Shown here piece by piece: positions 1 through 10,879 of a DNA stretch of 64,000 nt (within the stretch, counting starts at the first letter, position 1; every line of letters starts with the position of its first letter). Both the position numbers and the translations under genes were made by a program. Below the pieces are notes generated by a model. The model saw nothing but the letters and a program-made list of their open reading frames with translations, was not told the origin of the DNA and ran no database searches. Source of the stretch: an uncultured bacterium. GTDB taxonomy: Bacteria > Chloroflexota > UBA5177 > JANWHV01. The DNA lies in assembly GCA_963827235.1 (NCBI GenBank), contig CAWHAE010000016.1, forward strand, positions 608,001 through 672,000, read 5' to 3'.

Positions 1-171
1 GTCGCTGGAGGCCGTGATATCCAGGAAGGTCAGCTCGTCCGCGCCTTGCAGGTCGTAGAGATGCGCCATCTCTACCGGATCGCCGGCATCGCGCAGTGCC
101 ACGAAATTGGTGCCCTTGACCACGCGTCCTCCGGTCACGTCGAGGCAAGGGATGACTCTCTTGGTGAGCAT
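1..171 (-). CDS. hisF: Imidazole glycerol phosphate synthase cyclase subunit (5' part, runs off window)
   Basis: Manual translation from ATG at 171: [36 protein letters not shown]...[13 protein letters not shown]; directly downstream of hisA. Confidence 0.95.
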   Translation of the reverse strand, partial: MLTKRVIPCLDVTGGRVVKGTNFVALRDAGDPVEMAHLYDLQGADELTFLDITASSD

Positions 172-175
172 ACGA

Positions 176-886
176 TTATCTCCAGCGTCGTAGCGTGCTG
201 AGCGGCAGAGCCCCTGTGTAGAGCGCCTTACCAACGATCGACGCTTCCGCCCCGGCAGAGGCGACTGCTTCGAGATGCGACTCGCTCGCGATACCGCCGG
301 ACGCCACCACGGGAACGCCGGCCGCGTCAATGATCTCCCGCAAGCCCTCTACGTTCGGACCCGCCAGCATGCCGTCGGTTGCGATGTCGGTGTAGATCAG
401 GCGGCGCGCACCGGCAGCCACTACATCCAGTGCCATGTCGACCGCCCGGGTGGCGCTCGTCTCGATCCAGCCCTTTATGGCGGCCAGCCCGTTTCGGGCG
501 TCGATGCCGACGGCGACTGCCGGTCCGTGCAAGGTGAGCAGTCGGCCCAACAGGTCGCGGTTCTCCAGCGCTGCCGTACCGATTACCACGCGCGCAGCGC
601 CGGCGCCAAGCGCCTGTTCCACGGCATCGCTCGTGCGCAAGCCGCCGCCGAACTCTACCTTGAGCGCCGTGGCGGCGGCGATCTGCGCGAGCACGCCGAC
701 ATGGCGCGGTTCGCCCTCGCGCGCGCCGTCCAGGTCGACGAGATGCAGCCAGGTGGCGCCCTCCGCCTCGAATCGACGCGCCACTTCCACCGGATCGTGG
801 GAGTAGCGCGTGTCACGATCGAAGTCGCCCTGTTCGAGACGAACGCACAGTCCGCCACGGAGGTCGATGGCCGGTATCAAGAGCAT
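176..886 (-). CDS. hisA: ProFAR isomerase
   Basis: [38 protein letters not shown] motifs. Confidence 0.96.
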   Translation of the reverse strand: MLLIPAIDLRGGLCVRLEQGDFDRDTRYSHDPVEVARRFEAEGATWLHLVDLDGAREGEPRHVGVLAQIAAATALKVEFGGGLRTSDAVEQALGAGAARVVIGTAALENRDLLGRLLTLHGPAVAVGIDARNGLAAIKGWIETSATRAVDMALDVVAAGARRLIYTDIATDGMLAGPNVEGLREIIDAAGVPVVASGGIASESHLEAVASAGAEASIVGKALYTGALPLSTLRRWR

Positions 887-1494
887 ACGCCGGCCAGACG
901 GAGGAAATTCGCGTAGATGCGCAGACCATCAGGACCGCTCTTCTCGGGGTGAAACTGCGTGCCCAGCACGTTCTCATGGACTATCGCCGAGCAGAATGAG
1001 TCGCCGTATCCAGTGACGGCACACACAACGTCCGTCGACGGCACGGCAAAATATGAGTGCACGAAGTAGAAATGGCTGTGGTCGGCAATGCCGTCGAAGA
1101 GCGCTGTAGGTCGCCGGTACTCGACGGTATTCCAGCCCATGTGCGGTACCTTGAGCCCAAGCGGGAAGAGCCGTACGTCGCCGGGCACGATGCCCAGGCA
1201 CGGCGTGCCGTCCTGGCCGCCTTCGTCGCTATGGCCGAGCAACAGCTGAAGGCCCAGGCACACGCCGAATAGCGGTACGCCGCGCTCGGCGACGGTCTTC
1301 AGTGCCGCGTCCATTCCCAGGCGTGCCAGGCGCTCCATGGATTGCTGCGCCGAGCCCACACCGGGAAGAATGACTGCCGCGGCGCGCAGCACTTCGTGCG
1401 GATCGGCCGTGACCGTCGGCCGGCCGCCGGCGTGCTCGACCGCGCGCACTACGCTGTGAAGGTTCCCTGCGCCGTAATCGACAATCGCTAGCAT
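877..1494 (-). CDS. hisH: IGP synthase glutamine amidotransferase subunit
   Basis: DYGAGN, LPGVG, GVCLGLQ, PHMGWN, QFHPEKS motifs. Confidence 0.97.
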   Translation of the reverse strand: MLAIVDYGAGNLHSVVRAVEHAGGRPTVTADPHEVLRAAAVILPGVGSAQQSMERLARLGMDAALKTVAERGVPLFGVCLGLQLLLGHSDEGGQDGTPCLGIVPGDVRLFPLGLKVPHMGWNTVEYRRPTALFDGIADHSHFYFVHSYFAVPSTDVVCAVTGYGDSFCSAIVHENVLGTQFHPEKSGPDGLRIYANFLRLAGVCS

Positions 1495-1501
1495 GTCCCG
1501 G

Positions 1502-2782
1502 CTACCTCACCGCCAGCAGGCGGGCCAGGTGCTCAACGACCGCGCCGTCCGCCACCTGTTCTTCCGTATGGTTGAAAAGGTCCTTCACCTGCACTGTGCC
1601 GGCTGCAACCTCGTTCTCACCCAGGATGAGCGCGAAACGGGACTTGCTCTCGTTGGCAGCGCGCATCAGAGCCTTCAGACTGCGCCCGGGCGTGCCCACT
1701 CCGGTGACGATGCCGGCCTTGCGCAGTCGCTGTGCCAGCGGAAACGCGGCGCGTTGCCCGGCCTCGCCCGCGCCGATCGCGTACGCCTGATACCCGCAGC
1801 GATCGGGCGGGTCCACGCCTTCGTCCTGCAAGGTCTTGACGATGCGCTCGATACCGCTGGCAAAGCCTATACCGGGCGTCGGCCGGCCACCGATCATCTC
1901 GGCCAGGAGATCGTAGCGACCACCGGCACCCACCGTGCTCTGGCTGCCTTGCAAGGTCGGCCAGAATTCGAAGACGGTCTTCGTGTAGTAGTCGAACCCG
2001 CGCACAAGGGTAAAGTTGATCGTGTACGGCTCCAGGATGCTGTCCAGCGCGGCCAGCAGGGCGTGCCAGTGTCCACGGCACTCGTCGCACAGGTAATCGA
2101 TCATGTGTGGCGCGCCGGCCGCCATCTTCTGGCAGTACGGTTTCTTGCAGTCCAGTAGGCGCATAGGATTGCGCGATAATCGTTGCCTGCACTCCTCGCA
2201 CAGATCGTCGCGCAGCGGCTCGTAATACGCCCGCAAACGCTCGATATAGGCGGGCCTGCAGGTGCGGTCGCCGATAGAGTTCACCTGAAGGCTGAGGCGG
2301 TCGAGCCCAACCGCGCGGTAGATCTGCGCTGCCATGGCGATCAGCTCGGCGTCGACCTGGGGGCTCATGTCACCAAGGGCCTCGCAGCCGAACTGGTGGT
2401 GCTGCCGGAGCCGGCCCTCTTGCGGCTTCTCGTGCCGGAACGTGGGCTCTGCCAGATAGAACAGCTTCACGGGCTGCGGTAGCGTGAACATGCCGTGCTC
2501 GAGGTAGGCGCGGACGACGCCGGCGGTACCCTCCGGCTTCATGGTTACCGACGAACCGTCGCGATCCTCGAAGGTGTACATCTCCTTCTGCACGATGTCC
2601 GTGACTTCGCCAACGCCGCGCGCAAACAACGCGGTCGGCTCCAGGATCGGCGTGCTTATGCGCTGGTAGCCGTATAGCCTGGCGGTCTGGCGCGCACTCT
2701 CCAGGACCGCATCCCATGCCGGCCACGCGTCCGGCAAAAGGTCGCGCATGCCCTTCAGGGCTTGGAAACTCACAGACGGCAT
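1502..2782 (-). CDS. hisS: Histidine--tRNA ligase
   Basis: KGMRD, KEMY, PEGTA, RGFDYY, GGRYD, GIER motifs and C-terminal anticodon-binding domain; start set at ATG 2782 (ORF extends to 2821). Confidence 0.96.
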   Translation of the reverse strand: MPSVSFQALKGMRDLLPDAWPAWDAVLESARQTARLYGYQRISTPILEPTALFARGVGEVTDIVQKEMYTFEDRDGSSVTMKPEGTAGVVRAYLEHGMFTLPQPVKLFYLAEPTFRHEKPQEGRLRQHHQFGCEALGDMSPQVDAELIAMAAQIYRAVGLDRLSLQVNSIGDRTCRPAYIERLRAYYEPLRDDLCEECRQRLSRNPMRLLDCKKPYCQKMAAGAPHMIDYLCDECRGHWHALLAALDSILEPYTINFTLVRGFDYYTKTVFEFWPTLQGSQSTVGAGGRYDLLAEMIGGRPTPGIGFASGIERIVKTLQDEGVDPPDRCGYQAYAIGAGEAGQRAAFPLAQRLRKAGIVTGVGTPGRSLKALMRAANESKSRFALILGENEVAAGTVQVKDLFNHTEEQVADGAVVEHLARLLAVR

Positions 2783-2917
2783 CCTTCCTGCCAGGTTCAG
2801 GGGCGGCGGCGCAGGCGCCACACCATGGGTAGGCGCGATCGGCGATGCTTGCCGTATCGATAGTGTAACGCATCCATGGCGCCGCTCAGGGGGGCGCCGG
2901 ATGTTCGCGGTTCGAGG

Positions 2918-3193
2918 CTAGTGCAGCTGAGAGGCGATCAGGTTGCCGACGAACTGGATCAGCAGCATGGCCACCAGCGGCGAGACGTCGATACTTCCGA
3001 TCGGCGGGATGATGCGCCGCAACGGCGCTATGACCGGCTCGGTGACATCGTCTAGCAGCCTGCCCGGGCCGGACGCGCGCGTGTCGACGGCAAACCAGCT
3101 CAGGCACGCTCGCAGCAGAATGGCCAGAAACAGGATATTGCTTGTAACGAGGATGAACTCAGCGATGAACTGCCCGGTTGTGACATTGCTCAT
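2918..3193 (-). CDS. yggT: YggT family membrane protein
   Basis: LSWF...TEP.IAPLRRIIPPIG.IDVSP motif; overlaps yggS. Confidence 0.92.
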   Translation of the reverse strand: MSNVTTGQFIAEFILVTSNILFLAILLRACLSWFAVDTRASGPGRLLDDVTEPVIAPLRRIIPPIGSIDVSPLVAMLLIQFVGNLIASQLH

Positions 3194-3945
3194 GGGTTCC
3201 CGCCAGTCGCTAGGGCGGCCCGCTCGCCGAAGATGGCGCGTCCAACCCTGATATGCGTTGCCCCTTCCTCGATGGCAATCTCGAAGTCGTTGGTCATCCC
3301 CATCGAGAGAGAGTCCCAGGCCGCGCGGTCGAAGGTCGAAGTCAGCTCTTCACGAAGCAACCGCGCGCTCGCAAAGATCGCGTGCAGCTCACGCGTGGTG
3401 GCCTCCTCGGGAGCGACCGTCATCAGGCCCCGCCAGCGAAGGAAGGGTATCCCCGCCAACGTGCCGGCGCAATCTCGCAAGCCGGCGGGACTGAACCCAA
3501 ATTTGGAGCGCTCTCCGCTCGTGTTCACCTCTGCAAAAACGTCGACGGATCGCCCAAGTACTGCCGCCTCCCGTCCCACGATCAGGGCCAGGTCCACGGA
3601 GTCAATCGAATGGATGGCACCGCTCACGCGCACCGCTTTCCTCGCCTTGTTGCGCTGCAGATGCCCTATGAGATGCCACCGGCAGACAGCACGATCCTGC
3701 AGGGCTGCCACTCGCTGGACGAGATCCTGAACGCGGTTCTCCCCGAAATCGCGGACGCCGGCCGCCAGCGCGCCGGCGACCGCGTCGAGGGCTACCATCT
3801 TGCTCACGGCGATCAGGGTTACCGTCCCGGCGTCACGACCCGTGCCGCTCGCCGCACGGGCGATGCGCTGACGAACAGTATCCACGCGATCCTGAATTGA
3901 GACTGGAGCGGCGACGGCGTTCACATGTTCAGTGTAGCATAGCAC
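3190..3945 (-). CDS. yggS: YggS family PLP homeostasis protein
   Basis: AVSK, FGENRVQ, WHLIGHLQRNK, LSMGMTNDF, RVGRAIFG; exact start uncertain. Confidence 0.95.
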   Translation of the reverse strand: MLCYTEHVNAVAAPVSIQDRVDTVRQRIARAASGTGRDAGTVTLIAVSKMVALDAVAGALAAGVRDFGENRVQDLVQRVAALQDRAVCRWHLIGHLQRNKARKAVRVSGAIHSIDSVDLALIVGREAAVLGRSVDVFAEVNTSGERSKFGFSPAGLRDCAGTLAGIPFLRWRGLMTVAPEEATTRELHAIFASARLLREELTSTFDRAAWDSLSMGMTNDFEIAIEEGATHIRVGRAIFGERAALATGGNP

Positions 3946-4011
3946 CGCGACCGGCCCTCTTGACTGCCGACGCTGGGACTGATTAGCGTGGAGGGTAGTA
4001 AGGAGACTCTC

Positions 4012-6462
4012 ATGGCATCTTGGGTGCGCGGAGCAGGATCGGCCGCGGCGGCGGCAACGATCGCCGGCCTTGGCGCCGGCGGAATAAGGCGTTTGGTGGC
4101 GGGCTCGCTGCCCGTCACGGTTGGCACGATAACCGTGCCGGGATTACACGGCGTGGTCACCATCGACCGCGATGCCTGGGGCATTCCGCGTATCGTCGCT
4201 TCCGACCTGAGCGACCTGCACTTCGCCAACGGGATTGTCCACGCCCAAGACCGGTTGTGGCAGCTCGAGCTGCTCCGGCGAGTGGGTGCCGGCACGCTCT
4301 CCGAGCTGTTCGGCGAGCGCACCTTGCAGGCCGACAGGCTCATGCGTCGCGTCGGGCTGCGGCGGGTAGCAGAGCGTGAGGAGGCGCTGCTCTCACCGGC
4401 TACTCGCGCGGCATACGAGGCCTACGCGCGCGGCGTGACATTTGGACTCCACGGATCACGTCGAAGAATGCCGGTCGAGTTCGAGCTAGTCCGCTTCTTC
4501 CGCCCGCCCATGCTCCGCTGGCATCCCGCACCCTGGAGCGTCGTGGATAGCCTCCTGGTCGGCAAGGTGCTCGCCTTCGGCCTGAGCTCCAACTGGACCA
4601 GCGAGGTCGTTCGCGCTTCGCTGGTAGGAAAAGTGGGATCGGTGAAAGCGGCGGCTCTGGAGCCCTGGGCGGGGACCAGACACCCAATCGTTGTGCCTGG
4701 AGAGCTCGCCTCGCCGCTGCTGGCATCGAGTCTGTTCGACGCATACGCCGAGCTCGAGCCGTTTCTCGCCGGCATAGGGATCGGCCGGGGCGGATTCAGC
4801 AACAGCTGGGTAGTCGACGGCACCAGAACCGCTTCCGGCAAGCCGCTGTTGGCCAACGACCCGCACCTGGGCATCCAGATGCCGTCGACATGGTATGAGC
4901 TCGAGCTTTCCGGCCCGGACCTTGAGGTCGCAGGCGCCGGGCTACCAGGAACGCCCGGGGTGCTGATCGGTCGGAACGAGCACATCAGCTGGGGTATCAC
5001 TGCGTCCTTCATCGACACCCAGGACCTGGTGATCGAGCAGGTCAATCCGGACGCACCGACCCAGTACCTGTTCGAGGGTACGTGGCGCGATGGGACGCTT
5101 GTGCATGAGCGCATCGGGGTCCGCGGCAGGTCGTTCCCGGTCGTCGAACACGTCCTGATCACGCAGCACGGCCCCATAGTTGCTCCGGCAATCGACGGCG
5201 GTGGGCGGGCGCTGGCTCTGCGATGGACCGCTCTTGAGCCGGGAACGGTCGCTGAGGCCGCGCAGGCCATCAATCGTGTCCGGGACTGGGATGAGTTCGT
5301 AGCGGCATTGCGACTGTGGACCAGCCCGCCGATGTGCTTCGTCTTCGCGCACGTCGACGGCGACATCGGGCAGTATGCCGCCGGAGAAGTGCCCATCCGC
5401 TCCAAGGGCGACGGGACCCTGCCTGTGCCCGGCTGGACAGGAGAATACGAGTGGACGGGGCGTGTGCCCTTGGAAGCCCTGCCCCACTCGTACAATCCCA
5501 GCACCCACCAGATCGTCGCGGCCAACAACCGGCTGGTGGGGACGAGCTACCCGTACATTTTGGGCCACGAATGGCTGCCGGGCTACCGCGCTCGCCGCAT
5601 CTGCGACCTTCTGGAAGGCAGGAGCAACCTGACCGTGGAGGATTTCCGCCGCATCCAGCTTGACCTCTATTCACTGTCCGGACACGAGGCGGCCGAGATT
5701 CTATCCGCCGTCCAGCCGGCAAACGCGGTCGAGGGCAGCGCTCTGGCCAGCATCCGAGAGTGGGACGGTTACCTCACCGCGGATTCGGTGGGCGGCTGCA
5801 TCGCGCTGACCTTCCAGCATCACCTGTTGCGCGCCGTGTTCGAGCCCGTGCTCGGCGACTTAACGGAGACGTATCTCGGCACCGGATCTTCGCCAAGCGT
5901 GCCGCGTAACGGGTTCTTCTCGCGGGCGATTCCGTTCGTCTACGACCTGGTCCGGCGCCACGACGACGGCTGGTTCCAGCGGCTGGGCGCACGCGGCACG
6001 TCGTGGGACGGCGTGATTCGCCGGGCCCTCACCGATACACTGACATTCTTGACAGCGCGGTTGGGGCAGGACATGGACGCCTGGCGGTGGGGTCGGCTCA
6101 ATCAACTTGGGTTCCAGCACGTCCTGGGCTCGAAGCCGCCGCTGTCGCGCTGGTTGAACCGCGGCCCCGTGGAGATGGGTGGAGACGACAATACCGTGGC
6201 CGCCGCTTGCCTGCCCCTGCACAGCCCGTTCGACACGAACGGGTGGGCCGCGTCGTACAGACAGATCGTAGACATGGGCGATCTGTCGCGATCGATCTCG
6301 ATGCACACCACCGGTCAGTCCGGTCAAGCAGCCAGCGAGCACTACGACGACATGCTCGAGGCCTGGCGGGAGGGACGCTACCACCCCATGTCCCTTCCGG
6401 TGGGCGACGTGCGGCGCGAGCTGGGTGGCCGCCTCGTGCTCGAGCCAGCTCCTCGCACCTGA
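4012..6462 (+). CDS. Penicillin acylase family Ntn-hydrolase
   Basis: HAQDRLWQ, nucleophile SNSW, LLANDPHL, GQSG motifs; AGGAG RBS before ATG 4012. Confidence 0.93.
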   Translation: MASWVRGAGSAAAAATIAGLGAGGIRRLVAGSLPVTVGTITVPGLHGVVTIDRDAWGIPRIVASDLSDLHFANGIVHAQDRLWQLELLRRVGAGTLSELFGERTLQADRLMRRVGLRRVAEREEALLSPATRAAYEAYARGVTFGLHGSRRRMPVEFELVRFFRPPMLRWHPAPWSVVDSLLVGKVLAFGLSSNWTSEVVRASLVGKVGSVKAAALEPWAGTRHPIVVPGELASPLLASSLFDAYAELEPFLAGIGIGRGGFSNSWVVDGTRTASGKPLLANDPHLGIQMPSTWYELELSGPDLEVAGAGLPGTPGVLIGRNEHISWGITASFIDTQDLVIEQVNPDAPTQYLFEGTWRDGTLVHERIGVRGRSFPVVEHVLITQHGPIVAPAIDGGGRALALRWTALEPGTVAEAAQAINRVRDWDEFVAALRLWTSPPMCFVFAHVDGDIGQYAAGEVPIRSKGDGTLPVPGWTGEYEWTGRVPLEALPHSYNPSTHQIVAANNRLVGTSYPYILGHEWLPGYRARRICDLLEGRSNLTVEDFRRIQLDLYSLSGHEAAEILSAVQPANAVEGSALASIREWDGYLTADSVGGCIALTFQHHLLRAVFEPVLGDLTETYLGTGSSPSVPRNGFFSRAIPFVYDLVRRHDDGWFQRLGARGTSWDGVIRRALTDTLTFLTARLGQDMDAWRWGRLNQLGFQHVLGSKPPLSRWLNRGPVEMGGDDNTVAAACLPLHSPFDTNGWAASYRQIVDMGDLSRSISMHTTGQSGQAASEHYDDMLEAWREGRYHPMSLPVGDVRRELGGRLVLEPAPRT

Positions 6463-6548
6463 CCGTAGACACCTGCTGCCTGCTACCGGCTTGGTAATGG
6501 GTGCGCCGCGGGGGAAGGTCGACCCGGTTATCAGCCGCCTCCGCCGCT

Positions 6549-7439
6549 CTAGCTCCGTAGCGAGGCGACGAAGGCGGCGAGGCTCTCGCCGCCGGATACT
6601 CTGATTCGTTGTAGCTCGAAAGGATCCCGCGCATCCTGCCGGCTCGTGGTCAGCGGTCCGTCGAGCAGAGCGCCCACGTAGCCGTACTGTGGCATCAGCG
6701 ACAGCACGAGCTGTTCCTGCGCAACGTCGCCGCGGGCGAATGGCTGTCCGGACGGATAGGCCAGAAACTGCACGGGTACCGACAGCTCCTGCTGCAGGAC
6801 GTTGCGAGAATCGCGAAGCTCGAAGCGAATCTTGACCTCGGTCAGCAGCCCAAGGTCCTGGTGGTCGACAGTGTGCGAACCGATCTCCATACCGGCAGCG
6901 ACCAGAGCCTTGAGTTGGGTCCAGCTCATGTAGCTGTTCACACCGAGGGTCAGTCCCACATAGCTGCTGATGATGTTGAACTCGCCGTGCACGTGATTCC
7001 TGCGCAGGAGCGGTAGAGCGTCGGTGTAGTTGTCGAGGTAGCCGTCGTCGAACGTAAGCACGACCGGCTTACTCGGCAGTCGGGCGCCGAGGACGAGCGC
7101 GGAGAAGACCTGCGTGAGGCCGATCACGTGAAAGCCATGGGCTCGGAGATAGGCAAGCTGGGCCTGGAAGTTCTGGTCGGTTACGGTCAGCCCGTAGTTG
7201 AGCGCCGTCGCCGGCGGCAGAGAGCTCACGTGGTGATACATCAGGATCGGAATAGAAAGCACTCTGTTAGGCAGCACGGCGGGAAGCCTGAGCAGGTGCT
7301 TGGCAGGCACGCCCGCTGCCGCGCCGTCCCGTGAGGCGGCAGCCTGCAGTGCCGGTACTCCCGCAGCCTGCACCAGTAACACGAGGGCGGCCACCATGAT
7401 CGCCCGCACAAGGGCTGTCCACCTGTTGCCCCGCATCAC
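6549..7439 (-). CDS. Secreted polysaccharide deacetylase (CE4)
   Basis: Signal peptide, PILMYHH, TFDDGY, GSHTVDH, LAYP motifs. Confidence 0.92.
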   Translation of the reverse strand: MMRGNRWTALVRAIMVAALVLLVQAAGVPALQAAASRDGAAAGVPAKHLLRLPAVLPNRVLSIPILMYHHVSSLPPATALNYGLTVTDQNFQAQLAYLRAHGFHVIGLTQVFSALVLGARLPSKPVVLTFDDGYLDNYTDALPLLRRNHVHGEFNIISSYVGLTLGVNSYMSWTQLKALVAAGMEIGSHTVDHQDLGLLTEVKIRFELRDSRNVLQQELSVPVQFLAYPSGQPFARGDVAQEQLVLSLMPQYGYVGALLDGPLTTSRQDARDPFELQRIRVSGGESLAAFVASLRS

Positions 7440-8000
7440 GTTCTCTCCAGTAATCGCCGAGCGTCTGTAGTACGGCTACGCGCGCCTTCCTTTTCGTCGC
7501 GCCGTGGCGTTGGTCGCAACAAAGCTAGCCTCCCGGCGGCGGTCCGTCCAAAGCCATACTATCATATGCCCGGCTTCGCCCCGATAAGCACCCTGTGTGC
7601 GAGCGATAGAGTGGTACTTCGCATGATGGCGCGGATGTCGTACCATCAGGGAATAGGAGGCTACTTCCCATCGTGTATGGGCGGGCGGAGGCCCAATCGC
7701 AGCCGGCGGGGCAGGAACACTCGTCAGGGGCGCGACGACGGCGGCGGCGTGAAGCGTGCCGGAGAGTTGCCCAGAGTAGTGCTCCGGTCGGGGCGATTGG
7801 CCGCTGTAGGTGCTCATCGGGCATGGTGGGACAGGGGACAAGCATGTTGGGCGGGAAGGGTTTGTCGCACAGACCAGAGCGTTAGGCACGCGGGGCGCCT
7901 GGCGGCGCCATTCATTGGCAACAGGACGTGACGGACTGGTGGGGCTTGTTGGTATGTGCGTGATTCCAGACGCTGCTTGTTCAGTGGAAGCGGCTCGGCC

Positions 8001-9590
8001 ATGAGCACTGTCCGCTGCCCTTCCTGCGGCGCCCTCGCCGGCCCTTCGATGTACTGCGGCACGTGCGGCATGCGGCTCGTGCGTGACCAGCCGCCACCGG
8101 CGCCACCAAAGGTATCCGTGGCTACGCAGAGCTTCCTGCCCCTCGAGCCTGGCACGGTCCTGAGCGGCCGCTATCGCATCGTGGAAGCCATCGCCGCCGG
8201 CTCCATGGGCGCGGTGTACCGCGCCGAGGACATGCGCATCGGTGGACGTCCCCGCGCGCTGAAGGAACTGCTGCAGAACTCGGGCACGCCGCAGGAACGG
8301 GCCGAGGCAGAAACGTGGTTTCGCCGCGAAGGCGATACCCTGATGAGCTTGCAGCATCCGGCTATCCCGCAAATCCACGACACGTTCAGCGAAGGCATGC
8401 GCCATTACCTGGTCATGGACCTGGTGGACGGCCGTTCGCTCGAACAAGTCATCCTGGAAGAGGGCACCCCGGGACTGCCCGAGCAGCAAGTAGTGGGCTG
8501 GGCAGATCAGGTGCTCGAGGTGCTGAGCTACCTGCACGGCAGAACAGACCCGCTGATCTTCCGCGACCTCAAGCCCGCAAACCTCATGCTGACGACGCAG
8601 GGCCAGGTTCGCCTCATCGACTTCGGCATTGCCCGTGTCTTTACTCAACAGGCGCTCGGCACGGCTATCGGCACACCGGGCTACGCGCCGCCCGAACAGT
8701 ACCAGGGACTTGCCGAGCCGGCGAGCGACCTATATGCGCTGGGTGCTACGATGCACCATCTGCTTACGGGTCGCGACCCGCGCAAGAATCGCCCGTTCGA
8801 CTTCCCGCCCGTGCGCACGCTGGCGCCCGAGACTAGCCCCCAGGTGGCGGCGGCGGTAGACCGTTCGGTAGCGCTGGATCCGCGCGCTCGCCACGGCACT
8901 GCCGCCGAGATGCGGCGTGCTCTGCACGCCGGCGCACTGACCGAGACGTCACCCCTTACCATCTCTGGCTCCCTGGCGCGCTCGCATACGGGCTCCGGGG
9001 TAATGCCTGGCGCAGCGTTCAGAGGCCAGGTTGCGCCGGTGGTCAACTCAGCGGATGGCGGTGCGGTGCACGTGAGCTACCGCAGCATACGACTCCGGCC
9101 CAGCGACCTGGCGATCGCCTGCGCGAACAACGTCGTACGCTCGAGCATCGACCGTCGCACGGTTCGCATCAAGAACCGGACGGGTACTCGCCTGCTCTGC
9201 ACGTTCGATGCTGACGTTCCCTGGCTCCGGCCCGACCGCCCGGCCGCGTGGTTGGAGCCGCGGGATAGGCTGGACCTTACGGTCGGGCTGATGTGGCAGA
9301 ACCCCCCGCCCGGGATTCACCACGGTGCCGTACGCGTACATGGCGGAGGGAACACGTGGAGCGTACCCGTCAGCCTCACGGTGCGCGACCAGGATTCCAT
9401 GGCTCTGCAGAGGCTGGTGATTCCTCTCGGCAACGTCGCCATGCTATGCTTCTCCGTGGGCCTGCTTGCCATGATGTTCTCGTGGCTGGGCATGGCGACG
9501 GTACCGTTCAACGTAGCCTGGAATCTGATCGTGATTGGGCTTGTGGCGCGGGTCTTGCTGAAGGTCGTCCGTGGCGGGATCGGGCACTAG
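8001..9590 (+). CDS. Ser/Thr protein kinase with N-terminal zinc ribbon, beta-rich (BACON/Ig-like) domain and C-terminal TM helices
   Basis: CPSC..CGTC; kinase motifs ALKE, FRDLKPAN, DFG, GTPGYAPPEQ; VPWL.P beta domain; two hydrophobic C-terminal helices. Confidence 0.9.
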   Translation: MSTVRCPSCGALAGPSMYCGTCGMRLVRDQPPPAPPKVSVATQSFLPLEPGTVLSGRYRIVEAIAAGSMGAVYRAEDMRIGGRPRALKELLQNSGTPQERAEAETWFRREGDTLMSLQHPAIPQIHDTFSEGMRHYLVMDLVDGRSLEQVILEEGTPGLPEQQVVGWADQVLEVLSYLHGRTDPLIFRDLKPANLMLTTQGQVRLIDFGIARVFTQQALGTAIGTPGYAPPEQYQGLAEPASDLYALGATMHHLLTGRDPRKNRPFDFPPVRTLAPETSPQVAAAVDRSVALDPRARHGTAAEMRRALHAGALTETSPLTISGSLARSHTGSGVMPGAAFRGQVAPVVNSADGGAVHVSYRSIRLRPSDLAIACANNVVRSSIDRRTVRIKNRTGTRLLCTFDADVPWLRPDRPAAWLEPRDRLDLTVGLMWQNPPPGIHHGAVRVHGGGNTWSVPVSLTVRDQDSMALQRLVIPLGNVAMLCFSVGLLAMMFSWLGMATVPFNVAWNLIVIGLVARVLLKVVRGGIGH

Positions 9591-10758
9591 CGTTCGTCGC
9601 TTGGTGGTCAAGCTGGGCAGCAACCTGCTGGCCGACCAACGCGGCGAGCTGCTTTACTCGGCGATGAGCGGGCTGGTGGATCAGCTCGCGGAGTTGCACC
9701 GCTCCGGCACCGAAGTAGCGGTCGTCTCGTCTGGAGCGGTTGCAGCGGCACGCGGGCGTTTCTCCGACCTCCGTGACAGGCCAGACCTGCCGGCAAAGCA
9801 AGTGTTGGCAGCGATAGGTCAAGTCCGGCTCATGCAGCTCTACGACCGCTGCTTTAACGATCACGGCATTCCGGTCGCTCAAGCGCTGCTCGCACCGGGT
9901 GACCTGGGCAGGCGGCGCAGTTACCTGAATGCACGCAGCACATTGCTCGGTCTGCTGCGCAACCGAGTATTGCCGATCATCAACGAGAACGACGTGGTGG
10001 CCACGGACGAGCTGAAGTTCGGCGACAACGACACGCTATCTGCCGTCGTCGCAGGATTGATCGATGCCGACCTGCTGCTCATCCTCACCGACATTGCCGG
10101 CCTGTTCACTGCCGACCCGCGGCGCGACCCGGCGGCAACCTTGATGCGCGAAGTGCCGAAAGTCACGGCACGCGTCGAGCGTCTGGCCGGAGGTGCCGGC
10201 TCGAAACACGGCACGGGAGGCATGATAACCAAGCTCCGGGCCGCTCGCCTTGCAACGTCGGCAGGCATTGCCACCGTTATCGCCGACGGTCGCGCCGAGC
10301 ATGCGATCCGGGATGCGATCGCGGGCGAGATCGGGACGCGATTTCAGGCAGGTGGAGACCGCCTGGACGCGCGGCGCCGATGGCTGCGCGCACACGTCGG
10401 GGGCAAAGGCGCGCTCGTGGTGGACGACGGGGCCTCGCGGGCCTTGCGCTTCCTGGGAAGCAGCCTGCTGCCGATCGGCGTGGTCGATGTGCTCGGCAGA
10501 TTCGAGCAGGGCGACACCGTGGAGGTGCAGGACCTTCACGGGCACGCGGTGGCATACGGCGTCTCGAACTATGCGTCGCCCGACGCACACAAAATCATGC
10601 GCAGCCACTCCGACTGCATTCGCGCCACGCTGGGCTACTCACACGGAGACGAGCTCATTCATCGCGACAATCTGGTAGTGCTCACGGCGGACGGCGATGA
10701 GATCACCTTGGACCCGGACCAGTCAAGGCTCGCGTCCGGAGCTCCGGCACCGGCATAG
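9571..10758 (+). CDS. proB: Glutamate 5-kinase
   Basis: VVKLGS, SSGAV, INENDVV, FGDND, GTGGM.TK and C-terminal PUA domain. Confidence 0.96.
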   Translation: MAGSGTSVRRLVVKLGSNLLADQRGELLYSAMSGLVDQLAELHRSGTEVAVVSSGAVAAARGRFSDLRDRPDLPAKQVLAAIGQVRLMQLYDRCFNDHGIPVAQALLAPGDLGRRRSYLNARSTLLGLLRNRVLPIINENDVVATDELKFGDNDTLSAVVAGLIDADLLLILTDIAGLFTADPRRDPAATLMREVPKVTARVERLAGGAGSKHGTGGMITKLRAARLATSAGIATVIADGRAEHAIRDAIAGEIGTRFQAGGDRLDARRRWLRAHVGGKGALVVDDGASRALRFLGSSLLPIGVVDVLGRFEQGDTVEVQDLHGHAVAYGVSNYASPDAHKIMRSHSDCIRATLGYSHGDELIHRDNLVVLTADGDEITLDPDQSRLASGAPAPA

Positions 10759-10879
10759 ATCCAGGGCGTTTGCCGGCAAGTGATCGCGATCGCGGGTCGT
10801 GATCCGGGTCCGCGCTGTCGATCCAGTGCTCAAGCCGCCAGTTGACGGTGGATCGTGCGTCAGGTATGTGTGTATCAGC

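Noticed and set aside
1502-2782. hisZ, given its position in a his operon
   Set aside because: Has full HisRS motifs and the anticodon-binding domain, so it is hisS
7440-8000. Small ORFs or ncRNA in the 560-nt divergent gap
   Set aside because: No recognisable motif, RBS-supported ORF or RNA family signature
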